From: an uncultured Clostridia bacterium
GTDB lineage: Bacteria; Bacillota; Clostridia; TANB77; UBA1234
Length of the DNA: 64,000 nucleotides
NCBI GenBank assembly: GCA_934132775.1
Contig: CAKPAA010000007.1
Coordinates: forward strand, 21,599 to 85,598
Direction: 5' to 3'
In this document: piece by piece, positions 10,496-20,216 of the stretch
Layout: every line of letters starts with the position of its first letter
How positions within the stretch are numbered: the stretch's first letter is position 1
Program-made: the position numbers and the translations under genes
The notes under the pieces: generated by a model
Told to the model about the DNA's origin: nothing
The model's database searches: none
What the model saw: only the letters and a program-made list of their open reading frames with translations

Positions 10496-11419
10496 CTATT
10501 TTATAATTCTTTCAAAAACTCTTAATTTTGCACTCTTAGAGCGAGGATTTTCTTCCATCTCTTGTTCTGTTGGTACAATTGGTTTTCTTGTTATAACCTT
10601 TCCATAAGACTTAAAACCACATACACACTTTGGAAAATCTTTTGGGCAAGTACATTTACCTTGTAATTCCAAAAAAGTCTCTTTAACAATCCTATCTTCC
10701 AAAGAATGAAAAGTTATAATGCAAATTCTTCCACCATCATTTAATACGCTTGCTATATCTAATATTGCCTTCTTTAATTCTTTTAATTCTCCATTTACTT
10801 CAATTCTCAATGCCTGAAAAATCCTTTTAAAAGAATTTACTGCATCTTTTGGAACTGCACTTCTAACAATATCCGCTAATTCGTAAGTTGTTTCGATTGT
10901 TTTTATCTTTCTTGCTTGTGCAATTCTCTCAGCAATTCTTTTTGAAAACTTTTCCTCACCATATTCAAAAAATATTTTTTCTAGTTCTTCGATACTGTAA
11001 TCATTTACAATATCCTTTGCAGATAACTCTTGAGTCTGATCCATTCTCATATCAAGTTCTGCATCTTTGGTGTAACTAAAACCTCTAGCACCTTCATCAA
11101 TTTGATAAGAAGAGATACCTAAATCTAATAGCACACCATCAATTCTATCTATTCCAAGTGCAGACAGATGCTCTAATATATCCTCGTGTCTACCGTGCAC
11201 ATATTTTACATTATCATAATCTTTTAATCTTTTTTTGCTCGCTTCTAAAGCTTCTAAATCTCTATCAATCCCAATAAGTAAGCCGCTTTCAAGCTTTTCA
11301 GCAATTTTAGACGAATGTCCTGCACCACCCATAGTGCCATCCACATAAATACCGTCTTTCTTAATATTCAAATTTTCAATACATTCATTAAGCATTATAG
11401 GTTGATGCTTAAACTCCAT
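10496..11419 (-). CDS. rsmH: 16S rRNA (cytosine1402-N4)-methyltransferase
   Basis: MraW/RsmH family (GGAGHS SAM-binding motif), downstream of mraZ. Confidence 0.92.
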   Translation of the reverse strand: MEFKHQPIMLNECIENLNIKKDGIYVDGTMGGAGHSSKIAEKLESGLLIGIDRDLEALEASKKRLKDYDNVKYVHGRHEDILEHLSALGIDRIDGVLLDLGISSYQIDEGARGFSYTKDAELDMRMDQTQELSAKDIVNDYSIEELEKIFFEYGEEKFSKRIAERIAQARKIKTIETTYELADIVRSAVPKDAVNSFKRIFQALRIEVNGELKELKKAILDIASVLNDGGRICIITFHSLEDRIVKETFLELQGKCTCPKDFPKCVCGFKSYGKVITRKPIVPTEQEMEENPRSKSAKLRVFERIIK

Positions 11420-11853
11420 AACAATTCTCCTCTATGAAGATATATAGCGGCCATTAAGACCGCTATATCCTTGTATTTCTTTTTGTGACAACCTCGTCTT
11501 TTCTCTTTTGTTACCATTATTTTTCTCTTTTGTAAAACGTAAAAACAAAACAAATAAAATAAGATATTTTTTTACGACTAAAAACCAAAATATTAAAAAT
11601 TTACGAATAGTGTCGCATACACCTACATTCATAACTACCAATAATACTGTTCCTGATCTTAGTCCTAATCTTTTGTTTTTTGTAGCACCCCTTATGTACT
11701 ATTTTTTCATTTGTAAATAAAGTCCCCTTAAAACTTTCATCATTTGTAAATTAAAATTTATCTTCTGTACTTCTAGCAACGTTAACATTGCTACCACACT
11801 TTAAAATGTGCTTTTTCTGATGTTATATTTAAATTAGCTCTTTTGGAACTAAA

Positions 11854-12282
11854 TTAAATGCCTAATAAGGTCATTTTCTCAGCAATATCATCTGAATCTT
11901 GCAAAGCATTATATTCTTCCCATTTAGCTTTACTCCAAATTTCAATTCTAGACGAAACACCAATAATTACTAAATCTTTTTCCAAAGATGCAAACGTTCT
12001 CAAGCTCTGAGAAATCAAAATTCTTCCCTGAGTATCAAACTCACACTCAATAGCAGAAGAAAAGAAAAATCTTGTAAAATTTCTCGCATCTTTTCCAGTT
12101 ATCAAAGGCAATGTTTTGATCTTCTCCTCAATATTCTTCCATTCCTCCAAAGAATAACCATAAAGGCAACCATCAAAACCTTTAGTTAGGATAAATCTTT
12201 CGCCAAGCTCCGTCCTAAATTTCACCGGGATAATCACTCTGCCTTTTGCATCAATGGTATGACTATACTCACCAATTAGCAT
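11854..12282 (-). CDS. mraZ: Transcriptional regulator MraZ
   Basis: 142 aa with two DxxxR repeats ([20 protein letters not shown]). Confidence 0.92.
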   Translation of the reverse strand: MLIGEYSHTIDAKGRVIIPVKFRTELGERFILTKGFDGCLYGYSLEEWKNIEEKIKTLPLITGKDARNFTRFFFSSAIECEFDTQGRILISQSLRTFASLEKDLVIIGVSSRIEIWSKAKWEEYNALQDSDDIAEKMTLLGI

Positions 12283-12310
12283 ACTGATTCCTCCCTTCTA
12301 ATTAACTTAT

Positions 12311-12340
12311 TCACCACTTAGCTCCACTTTTCCCCACCTT
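12311..12340 (-). promoter_or_regulatory. MraZ operator: three direct GTGG repeats at 10-bp periodicity upstream of mraZ
   Basis: Minus-strand sequence GTGGGgaaaaGTGGAgctaaGTGGTgaata (ccac at 12315, 12325, 12335) lies between the -10 element and the mraZ RBS. Confidence 0.55.
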
Positions 12341-12348
12341 TGATTCAA

Positions 12349-12377
12349 TTTTAATATATAATCTTATGAAGTGCAAG
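12349..12377 (-). promoter_or_regulatory. Candidate SigA promoter of the mraZ operon (TTGCAC, 17-bp spacer, TAAAAT)
   Basis: Hexamer spacing read on the minus strand. Confidence 0.4.
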
Positions 12378-12590
12378 TGTTTTCGCAATTTTTTCCAAAA
12401 AAAATTCGACAAAATTTCTTATTTTTCGCCTTGTTCAAAAATTTACATCTCAAATTTTCTTAATATAACAGAAAGTATAAAAAAATTATCCGAATTTTTG
12501 CTTATATTTCAATAAAAAACGCCACCTTATAAACTGAAACTAAAAATGTTATTTTTTAATTTCAGAAATAAAGTGACGTTTAAAATAACC

Positions 12591-12640
12591 AAAAAAAGAC
12601 TGCACTCATTTCGAAAATAAATTCACTAATGAGTACAGCC
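12591..12640 (-). terminator. Rho-independent terminator of the 814-aa gene
   Basis: 13-bp imperfect stem ggctgtactcatt / aatgagtgcagtc followed by U7 on the minus strand. Confidence 0.5.
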
Positions 12641-12755
12641 TTCTATTTTTATATTAACTTTTAATTCAAGTTCATTACTTTATTTGATTATCACACTAAG
12701 TTACACTAATAATACTATTTAGACTTTCTGAATATTAAAAACACACATTGTCCGC

Positions 12756-15200
12756 TTATCTTTCATCTTTGTCGTTGTCTTGTTTATGTGCCTTCTCGTA
12801 AATATCTTTATATTGCTGTCTTACATACTTTCTTCCATCTTTGATTTCGTGTCCGTCTTTTTTTACATCAAACGTGCTATCTTTTATTCTTCTTGTTGGC
12901 TTAGGTTGCTCTGGTCTTACATATGAACGAGTCTTTTTTGGTGAATCTATCACTAATTTTTCTTGATTTTGAGAGTTTTCAATTGTTCTTGGCTTAAAGT
13001 TTACACTAAATTTGCCATTTTCATCAAAAACACATTCAAAAGTTGGTATGTATGGTTTTTTATTCATCTTTTCCAATTCTGTCTCCTCGTACTTCTGCAA
13101 CTTAGCATATCCAAATGTTGTTTTTCCTGTTGTTACTAATCTCGCATCACAACTATGTTTGTATGGACCATATGGAGATTTTAATGCGTTGCATACATCT
13201 TGTGCTGTTAATGCTGAATCTAATGCAATTGCCATTTTAAATTGATTTTCTGGTATTGTTGGATCATCCCAAGTTCTTATTGCATCACTGCTTAAATCTA
13301 ATTTTCCATCTAGTTCATCTCTAGTTTTAGTTTTAAATCTTCCCCAAACTCTCTTTGCTGGATTTGATGACATCATTCTTGTAAAGTCTGTATCTTTTCC
13401 GCCATTTTCTTTTTTCATTTCTTTGCATAGTTTCTTTAATCCATCTTCGCCATACATCTCTAGCATTTTTCCTCTTAAATTCCCAATAGCTTTGTCTAAT
13501 GCTTTTGATGGATTTTTAATGTATGAATCAATATCTTTTTCTTTACGAATTAGCTTATCGCCTCTCTTCTCAAAGAAACTTAATTTTCCATCTTTCACAT
13601 ACATTTTATTTTCATTTTCAAGTAAAAACATATCTATGTCTTTTGGCATTGAAATACTTTCGCAATCCAATTCAGTAGATTTACTTTTCTCTTCTTTTTG
13701 ACCAAATAATCTTTCAAAGAAACTAGGTTTCTCTTTAGCTGGTAATTTTGTTTCTTCCTTTTTCTGCTGTGTTGAAGTTTCAGGTGTTTTGTTACTATTA
13801 TCCTGAGTTAAAACTGACTTAGCATCACTTAGCTTACTTGGTTGTCCCTTACCATCATTCTTTGGCAAATCTGATGGCTTAGTTTTGTTATTACTTGCTG
13901 GCTGATCATTTTTACTTTTATCTTTATCATTTGCAGACTGGTTCTTTCCATCTTTATCTTTCCTTGCCTCTGTCTGATTCTTTTGATCTTTATTAGTGTT
14001 CATTGTTTGATTAGTCGCTTTATCACTATTTTTATCTTGATTTGCGTCTTTTACCGTCTTTTCTGCATTTTGCCAAGAAGCCTCATTTTTACGATATTTT
14101 AGATGTTTTTCTTTTTCTCTTTCAACAGCTTTTCTTACGTCTGTCTCTCTCTTTTCCATTTTGTATTTTGAATGTATTCCATCTCTTTCTGCTTCAAACA
14201 CACTTTTTCTACGTTCTATATCCTCTTGCTTTCTCTGAAGTGTTGATCTATAATTCTTTAAATTTTGTAAGTTACCATTTAATGTATCAACGTCTATTTT
14301 TATTGCATTAGGGACATCTTTATTGAAATTTTCTCCAATTTCAAAAGCCGACTTACTCAAAGAAAATTTCTGTTCTATATCTTTATTATTTTCTAATAAA
14401 TCCAATAATTCAGAAGTTAGTCTATCAAATTCATCAGGATCGTACCCAGGTTCATAAACTCTTGTTCCGTCAGCTGCTATATGAAAATGGTTACTAAATT
14501 CTTGATATCTAGCATACTTTTCGTTAATCTGTCTTACTAATTCTTCGGCTCTATCTATGTCATCTATATCTTCCTTATTTTCTTTATATTCATCATCAAA
14601 TTGCTTTATGTATTCTTCCAACTCATTTAATCTATTTTGGTCAAAGTTCAAAGTTTCTTCGGACACAATTCCCCTTGCTCTATTTAATTTTTCACCAGCT
14701 AATTTCAATGCCTTTGCAACATCTTCGTATTTATCTCCTGTCTTATATCTATCTTCTAAGGTTACTTCAATATTATCTAATCTACGCACTAACATTCTTC
14801 TTTTATCTTCTGATAAATTGGGTTGAGATAGCTCTTGCATAATTTCGTCTATCTCTCTTAGCTTTTGCGTAAGCTCTAATATTTCCTGAGATGCTTCGCT
14901 TATTTCTTTTCTATATTGTTTTTCACTTTCCAAAATAGCCCTAGCATCCTCTAATCTATTAAACGCCTCTCCTGCTTTAATTTGTTCTTGTCTAAGTGTA
15001 TCCTCATTTTTCAATATTTCTGCATCAAGTTCTGATATTGCAGCATTATCCCCTTTTCCTATAGCATCTACCTTCTTATTCTTTAATCTTCTAGTCATTA
15101 TTGCCCTGTTTACAACAGCTTCAAACTGCATATTATAATTTTTTTCTAGTCTTTCAATATTTTGTTCTAACTCGTTGATTAACTTACTTAATTCATCCAT
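12756..15200 (-). CDS. Large hypothetical cytoplasmic protein (814 aa): N-terminal coiled-coil, K/D/N/Q-rich disordered middle, C-terminal globular region
   Basis: Long ORF with RBS GGGGGAT. No signal peptide or transmembrane helix and no recognisable catalytic motif. Carries its own terminator. Confidence 0.6.
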   Translation of the reverse strand: MDELSKLINELEQNIERLEKNYNMQFEAVVNRAIMTRRLKNKKVDAIGKGDNAAISELDAEILKNEDTLRQEQIKAGEAFNRLEDARAILESEKQYRKEISEASQEILELTQKLREIDEIMQELSQPNLSEDKRRMLVRRLDNIEVTLEDRYKTGDKYEDVAKALKLAGEKLNRARGIVSEETLNFDQNRLNELEEYIKQFDDEYKENKEDIDDIDRAEELVRQINEKYARYQEFSNHFHIAADGTRVYEPGYDPDEFDRLTSELLDLLENNKDIEQKFSLSKSAFEIGENFNKDVPNAIKIDVDTLNGNLQNLKNYRSTLQRKQEDIERRKSVFEAERDGIHSKYKMEKRETDVRKAVEREKEKHLKYRKNEASWQNAEKTVKDANQDKNSDKATNQTMNTNKDQKNQTEARKDKDGKNQSANDKDKSKNDQPASNNKTKPSDLPKNDGKGQPSKLSDAKSVLTQDNSNKTPETSTQQKKEETKLPAKEKPSFFERLFGQKEEKSKSTELDCESISMPKDIDMFLLENENKMYVKDGKLSFFEKRGDKLIRKEKDIDSYIKNPSKALDKAIGNLRGKMLEMYGEDGLKKLCKEMKKENGGKDTDFTRMMSSNPAKRVWGRFKTKTRDELDGKLDLSSDAIRTWDDPTIPENQFKMAIALDSALTAQDVCNALKSPYGPYKHSCDARLVTTGKTTFGYAKLQKYEETELEKMNKKPYIPTFECVFDENGKFSVNFKPRTIENSQNQEKLVIDSPKKTRSYVRPEQPKPTRRIKDSTFDVKKDGHEIKDGRKYVRQQYKDIYEKAHKQDNDKDER

Positions 15201-15389
15201 ATTTTATCCCCCTTAAACAAAACTACATATATATTATATCACATGTTTACATAATTATCTAGCTTTGCTTACAATTTCTTTTGTTTTTTAATAGCTTTTA
15301 TGGCTAATTTATATAATTTTCATATTAAATAACAAGAATAACCCTTGAAAATCTCACAAAGTATTTAAGATTTTCAAAGGTTACTTGCT

Positions 15390-15530
15390 CTATCCTTCTA
15401 CTATTTCATCTATTTTATCTAATAAATTTCCCAACTTTTCCAAATCTTCATCAGATAAACTAGCTAAATTTTCTGGTGTCATTAACTCTACCAAATTGTC
15501 TAGTTTATCTACAACCTCATCTTCGTTCAT
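15390..15530 (-). CDS. Small acidic hypothetical protein (46 aa), not in the ORF track
   Basis: ATG preceded by GGGAGGAACTAACG. Product is MNEDEVVDKLDNLVELMTPENLASLSDEDLEKLGNLLDKIDEIVEG. Confidence 0.4.
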   Translation of the reverse strand: MNEDEVVDKLDNLVELMTPENLASLSDEDLEKLGNLLDKIDEIVEG

Positions 15531-15567
15531 CGTTAGTTCCTCCCTTTTTTCTTTCGTTTGCAAAGGT

Positions 15568-15711
15568 TTATCTCACAGCTTCTTTCTCGTAATATTGTAC
15601 AATATATTTGTCTAGTTCGATGCTTACTTTGTATATTTCTTCGTATGGGGCATTGTTTTTTACTAATCTGTTAAGTTTTTTTCTTAATAACTCTATTTTT
15701 TCATTTAGCAT
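15568..15711 (-). CDS. Spo0E-like sporulation regulatory protein (aspartyl-phosphate phosphatase family), 47 aa, not in the ORF track
   Basis: ATG preceded by GGAGG. Product MLNEKIELLRKKLNRLVKNNAPYEEIYKVSIELDKYIVQYYEKEAVR has Spo0E-like helical-hairpin size and an S..ELD..I core. Confidence 0.5.
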   Translation of the reverse strand: MLNEKIELLRKKLNRLVKNNAPYEEIYKVSIELDKYIVQYYEKEAVR

Positions 15712-15768
15712 AAAAATTCCTCCTCATCTTTTTCCTTAAATCCACTTTACAGTAAAAAAACACAAATG

Positions 15769-16659
15769 TCAACTACCTATTTCATTATTTCGTCGACCTT
15801 TTCTTTTGATATAATATATAATTCCAAAAAATATGACAAATATCAAGCTTAAAAGCTGAGATATTCTAAAATTTGCAAACATCAATGAATCTGTTCTTAG
15901 TCCCTCAACGCAAAACCTTATCGTTCCATAGATTATCATATAAAGATAAAAAATTTGTCCGTCGAACTTTTTATTTTTTGACAAATTCACTAAAAATATA
16001 AAGCCTAAAAATGTCAAAATTGATTCGTATAAAAATGTCGGATGCACGTAAATGTAGTCATTTAACTGCGAATTATAAACTCCCATTTTCCACGGTAAAT
16101 TTGTTTCATATCCGTAGGCTTCCCTATTTACAAAATTTCCCCATCTTCCGATAGATTGCACCAATAAAAGATATGGAACGAGTAAATCTGCTAATTTTAA
16201 AAATTTAATATTTCTTTTTTTACAAAAATACAAAGCGTATAGTATTGCTCCTATTATTCCGCCATATATAGCAATTCCGCCATTCCATATCATAAATATT
16301 TCCGCAGGATTTTTTATATAATAATCTAGTCTAAATAGTACATAATACATCCTAGCACATATGAAGCCAATTATTATAGCACAAACCAGATAGTCAATTA
16401 CGGTATCAAAAGTTATTCCGCTTTCTTTTGGTAATCTAGAACTGCTCCCTATTTTCCCTTTGTTTGGCTTGTCTTTAAGGCTTTGAACATTAAATTTTAC
16501 AAACTTAATTCCGTTAAGTTTTTTATACAACAAAGCCAAGGCTAAACATATTCCTGCCACTATTATTATTCCATACCAATAGACATTTATCTTTCCAATC
16601 GAAAAAGCAATTGGATTTATAAATATTTCTCTTCCCCAAAATATTATTGGCTTCATCAT
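15769..16659 (-). CDS. lgt: Prolipoprotein diacylglyceryl transferase
   Basis: Lgt signature GRWGNFVNREAYG and the polytopic membrane topology. Confidence 0.9.
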   Translation of the reverse strand: MMKPIIFWGREIFINPIAFSIGKINVYWYGIIIVAGICLALALLYKKLNGIKFVKFNVQSLKDKPNKGKIGSSSRLPKESGITFDTVIDYLVCAIIIGFICARMYYVLFRLDYYIKNPAEIFMIWNGGIAIYGGIIGAILYALYFCKKRNIKFLKLADLLVPYLLLVQSIGRWGNFVNREAYGYETNLPWKMGVYNSQLNDYIYVHPTFLYESILTFLGFIFLVNLSKNKKFDGQIFYLYMIIYGTIRFCVEGLRTDSLMFANFRISQLLSLIFVIFFGIIYYIKRKGRRNNEIGS

Positions 16660-16822
16660 CTAGTGCTCCTCTTTTTTATTATAATTAAGTTGTCATTTTA
16701 TTTTAGTAACAAGTAATCTAAAATTGTATTTGCACAATTTTACTTAGTTTAAAATTACATATCTATAATTTTTAATCACAATTACTCTTTTATAAGTTTA
16801 GCCATTGCATAGCTTTAATTTC

Positions 16823-18139
16823 TTATTGTAAAGGGTTTATTATTGATACAGCCTCTTTTTCAAAATCAAAATGATTTTTTAAAACTTCTTCTGCATATTC
16901 CTTTGAAATTTCTTTATACGCTCTAGCATACATTGCAGAATTAACGCCTCTAAAGAAATCTGATATAAACATATTAGCAATTGTGCTAACATCTTCAAAA
17001 CTTCTTACAAAGCTTCCGTATAAAGATTTTTTGGTTCTTTCAAACTCTTCTTCATCAATACCATTTTTCTTTAATTCTTCTATTTTTTCGTTAATTCTTG
17101 AAATAACCGCATCTGCATCTTTTGATTCACCCGAAATTGCACTATATGCATAATCTTCTTCCATTGAAAAATCGTAAGATAACTCTTTTGTTAATAAAGA
17201 CTCATTATATAACTTTTCATATAACTCAGTGCTGTTTCCAGCAATAAGTTCAAGTAATATTTGAATTGTAACATTATATTTTATTGCATCATTTATGTCA
17301 GTTGGAAGCCCTGCTTTAAACTTATCTCCGTTAGCATACTCTTTTATTGCGTAGTTATCTTTAAAGCCAAACATAAACATTGGAACACTTATATCCATTT
17401 TTTTCTCAGCATTCTTCTTATTTAAAGTTTCTTTTTCATCTCCATAAAATCTATCTATTTCAGAAAATACTTTTTGCTCCTTTGTATCGTTTCTAATTAT
17501 ATCCATAACTTCGGCTACATCAACATCGCCTGCCACACAAAGTATCATATTAGATGGATCATAAAAGGTATTGTAACATCTATACAAAGTTTCAGGTGTT
17601 ATTTCAGCAATACTCTCAATTGTTCCAGCAATATCTTTTGTTATTGCGTGTTTTCCATATAAACAGTTTAAAAAGCCAAAGAATAATTGCCAACTTGGAT
17701 CATCATCATACATTTGAATTTCTTGACCTATTATTCCTTTTTCTTTCTCAACATTCTCATCTGTTAAATAAGGATTTTGCACAAATTGTATAAGTGCCTT
17801 TAAAACTTCTTCAAAATTATTTGTACATTCAAACAAATAAGATGTGTGATTGAAACTAGTGTAAGCATTAGGATTTGCTCCCATCTTAGTAAGCCTATCT
17901 AGTGCGTTAACACCATCTTCTTGCTCAAATAATTTGTGTTCCAAGAAATGAGCAACACCATCAGGAACAATCACTGCCTTTGTTTCATTTGCTGTTTTAA
18001 ATTCGTAATTTATTGAACCAAAATGAGTTGCATATGCAGCATATTTTTTAGTTCCACCTTTTTTAGGAATAATAATAACTTGCAAGCCATTAGGCAATTT
18101 CTCTGTATATATTTTTTCATTCAAACATTCGTAAATCAT
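16823..18139 (-). CDS. M16-family zinc peptidase (insulinase-like, catalytic HxxEH subunit)
   Basis: HFLEHKLFE inverted zinc-binding motif. Confidence 0.85.
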   Translation of the reverse strand: MIYECLNEKIYTEKLPNGLQVIIIPKKGGTKKYAAYATHFGSINYEFKTANETKAVIVPDGVAHFLEHKLFEQEDGVNALDRLTKMGANPNAYTSFNHTSYLFECTNNFEEVLKALIQFVQNPYLTDENVEKEKGIIGQEIQMYDDDPSWQLFFGFLNCLYGKHAITKDIAGTIESIAEITPETLYRCYNTFYDPSNMILCVAGDVDVAEVMDIIRNDTKEQKVFSEIDRFYGDEKETLNKKNAEKKMDISVPMFMFGFKDNYAIKEYANGDKFKAGLPTDINDAIKYNVTIQILLELIAGNSTELYEKLYNESLLTKELSYDFSMEEDYAYSAISGESKDADAVISRINEKIEELKKNGIDEEEFERTKKSLYGSFVRSFEDVSTIANMFISDFFRGVNSAMYARAYKEISKEYAEEVLKNHFDFEKEAVSIINPLQ

Positions 18140-18153
18140 CTTTTCACCTCACA

Positions 18154-19416
18154 TTATTTCGTTAAATAGTAGTTAACAACAGGACGAAGTTTATTTGCAA
18201 CTTCAACGATATCCTTTTTGGTAACTTTTTTAATATTTTCTATCATCTCTTCTATTGTATCATTTATTCCAAGCACAAATTGACTTATACTAAGTTCAAT
18301 CATTGTCATCTCATCATCTAAACAAGAAGTAAAAATATTTTCTAAGAACACTTTTGCATCTCTAACATCCTCATCTGTAAAGTTTCCTTTTTTCATATCT
18401 TCTACTTGAATTTTTATAAGTTCCAAAGCTTTGTCATATTTATCTAACTCTATTCCAGCAGTAACCAAAAGCACGCCTTTATGTTTTAAATACGTTGACC
18501 TAGTAGTGTAGGCTAAGCTTGCCTTTTCTCTTACATTTTGGAATAGTTTTGAATTTGAAGAGCCACCTAATATAGCATTATACATAGTCATTTTATAGAA
18601 ATTTTCAGGTGTCAATTCAATATCTACATCATAGCCAAGAACTAACTTACCTTGTGTAACTTCCATATTATCAACAACTTTAACTTCTTCATCACTAAGC
18701 TTGCTCTTTTTAGTTCTAATAATTTTCTTTTCTGTAAAATCAGACTTTCCAAATTTGCCATAGAAAAATCCTTTTATCTTTTCTATGTTAACATCTCCAG
18801 CTATATAAAAATGCTTTTCACTTTCAGACAATACTTTTATATATTGCTCATAAAGATTTTCAGCATCAATCCCATCTAAATCTTCTTCTCTACCATATTT
18901 AAAAATTCCATATGCATCATCTTTAAACATAGTTTCTAAGGCCCTAAAATTAGCGTATGCAGCCTTATTATTTATCTTACTTTTTATAAGCTCACGTAAA
19001 GTCTCTTTTTCTTGTGCAACATATTCTTCATCAAAAATACCATCAACTGTTTTAGGCGAATATATAACATCATATAAGAAATTCAAGCTTTCTAAGAACA
19101 ATTCTTCATTCTCCAAAGCATATTTATTATCTATGCAAGAAATATAAAATTGCATTGCCTGCTTATCTCCTATTTTATCAGTGCTTGCGTCAAATAAAGC
19201 ACCATACATATCATTCATTTTCATAGCAATGTCTTTCATTGTTTGAAGTTTCGAAGTACCTCTTCTTAAAACTGCTGGAATTAAAGCATTTTTTGTTATT
19301 TCATCTTTTTCTAAATCTGTAAGTAAAAATGCTGCTATTATATTTGATTTGAATTTATCTGTTTTCAATATGTGTATAAAAACCTTTTCGCTTATTCTAA
19401 TAATTTCTTCTTTCAT
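18154..19416 (-). CDS. M16-family peptidase, probably the non-catalytic partner
   Basis: Same M16 fold without the HxxEH motif, paired with the upstream M16 gene. Start is placed at MKEEII, preceded by GGAGG; the ORF track extends to 19512. Confidence 0.75.
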   Translation of the reverse strand: MKEEIIRISEKVFIHILKTDKFKSNIIAAFLLTDLEKDEITKNALIPAVLRRGTSKLQTMKDIAMKMNDMYGALFDASTDKIGDKQAMQFYISCIDNKYALENEELFLESLNFLYDVIYSPKTVDGIFDEEYVAQEKETLRELIKSKINNKAAYANFRALETMFKDDAYGIFKYGREEDLDGIDAENLYEQYIKVLSESEKHFYIAGDVNIEKIKGFFYGKFGKSDFTEKKIIRTKKSKLSDEEVKVVDNMEVTQGKLVLGYDVDIELTPENFYKMTMYNAILGGSSNSKLFQNVREKASLAYTTRSTYLKHKGVLLVTAGIELDKYDKALELIKIQVEDMKKGNFTDEDVRDAKVFLENIFTSCLDDEMTMIELSISQFVLGINDTIEEMIENIKKVTKKDIVEVANKLRPVVNYYLTK

Positions 19417-19535
19417 ATTTTGCCTCCTTTTTCTCTCAATTAGTATATCGCAAGTGAAGTGTTTTATGCAATGAAAAATTATGGTTTTAAGGGCAAAAAA
19501 ATAGCTACCCAAAAGGGTAGCTTGTATTTTTTAGA

Positions 19536-20159
19536 TTAGTATGTTAATCCAGCATTTGTTGCAGAATTGTCAAGAGGTCCATTTACTGAACTTACAAGAA
19601 CTACAGGAGTTGTAATATTTGGGAAAGTAATACTTGATGTATCTCCTGTCAAAGCTGCATAAGTAGTTTTATCTATAGCTAATGTATCATTTAGATAATA
19701 CTTATCTTCATATTTGTATGGAGGCCATACGAATACTTGACCATCATAAGTTACAGCATACTTAACTTCATAATTTGAAGCTGCTGGTGTATTAACTTTG
19801 ATTGTTGGTAATTTAATACCAATTGATTTTTCTGCTTTTGCTCCATCAATTATTGTGTATTGTGTTAATTGAGCTATTGGTGTAATGTCTCCACTTTGAG
19901 TTCCATCTTTACCTTCAGCTATTGTCTTGTAAGATTGTGCATCTGTAATTTCATTACCAATTGCTGCTTGATCACCTTTGAATTCTGTTGCAGATTTTTT
20001 GAAAGCATCTCTAACTTCACCAATGTTTGATACAAACTTAGAATAGTTTGCCTTTTCAATTGTTGATGTTGAAGAGTTGAATGCGATTGCTGCTAAGATA
20101 ATTACAACGATAATTGTAATTACAAGTGCTATTAAAGAAACACCTTTTTGATTTTTCAT
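19536..20159 (-). CDS. Pilin-like protein (prepilin-type N-terminus without Glu5), 207 aa
   Basis: N-terminus MKNQKG|VSLIALVITIIVVIILAAIAF is a class III signal-like hydrophobic segment. The first ~50 aa and the conserved block YTIID..IGIKLP..VNTP..VKYAVT..G.VF.WPP are shared with the 507-aa paralog at 36910..38433. Confidence 0.6.
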   Translation of the reverse strand: MKNQKGVSLIALVITIIVVIILAAIAFNSSTSTIEKANYSKFVSNIGEVRDAFKKSATEFKGDQAAIGNEITDAQSYKTIAEGKDGTQSGDITPIAQLTQYTIIDGAKAEKSIGIKLPTIKVNTPAASNYEVKYAVTYDGQVFVWPPYKYEDKYYLNDTLAIDKTTYAALTGDTSSITFPNITTPVVLVSSVNGPLDNSATNAGLTY

Positions 20160-20188
20160 AATAAATTTCCTCCTTTTATTTTTGCTTT

Positions 20189-20216
20189 TCTAGAGTATGC
20201 TTAAAATTACTCTAGA
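20189..20216. promoter_or_regulatory. Candidate operator: perfect 9-bp inverted repeat TCTAGAGTA-N10-TACTCTAGA upstream of the pilin-like gene, with a third half-site at 20245..20253
   Basis: Seen directly. Lies 17 to 45 nt upstream of the RBS of the gene starting at 20159. The TACTCTAGA(CT) unit recurs at 20208 and 20245. Confidence 0.4.

Noticed and set aside
11432-11720. ORFs 11432..11641 (-) and 11508..11720 (+) in the mraZ-rsmH intergenic region
   Set aside because: No RBS, K/F/N low-complexity products, and mutually overlapping. The region more likely holds the hairpin atatagcgg..ccgctatat and regulatory sequence.
15385-15615. Plus-strand 76-aa ORF
   Set aside because: No RBS. The same interval is better explained by two minus-strand small genes that each have a GGAGG-type RBS.
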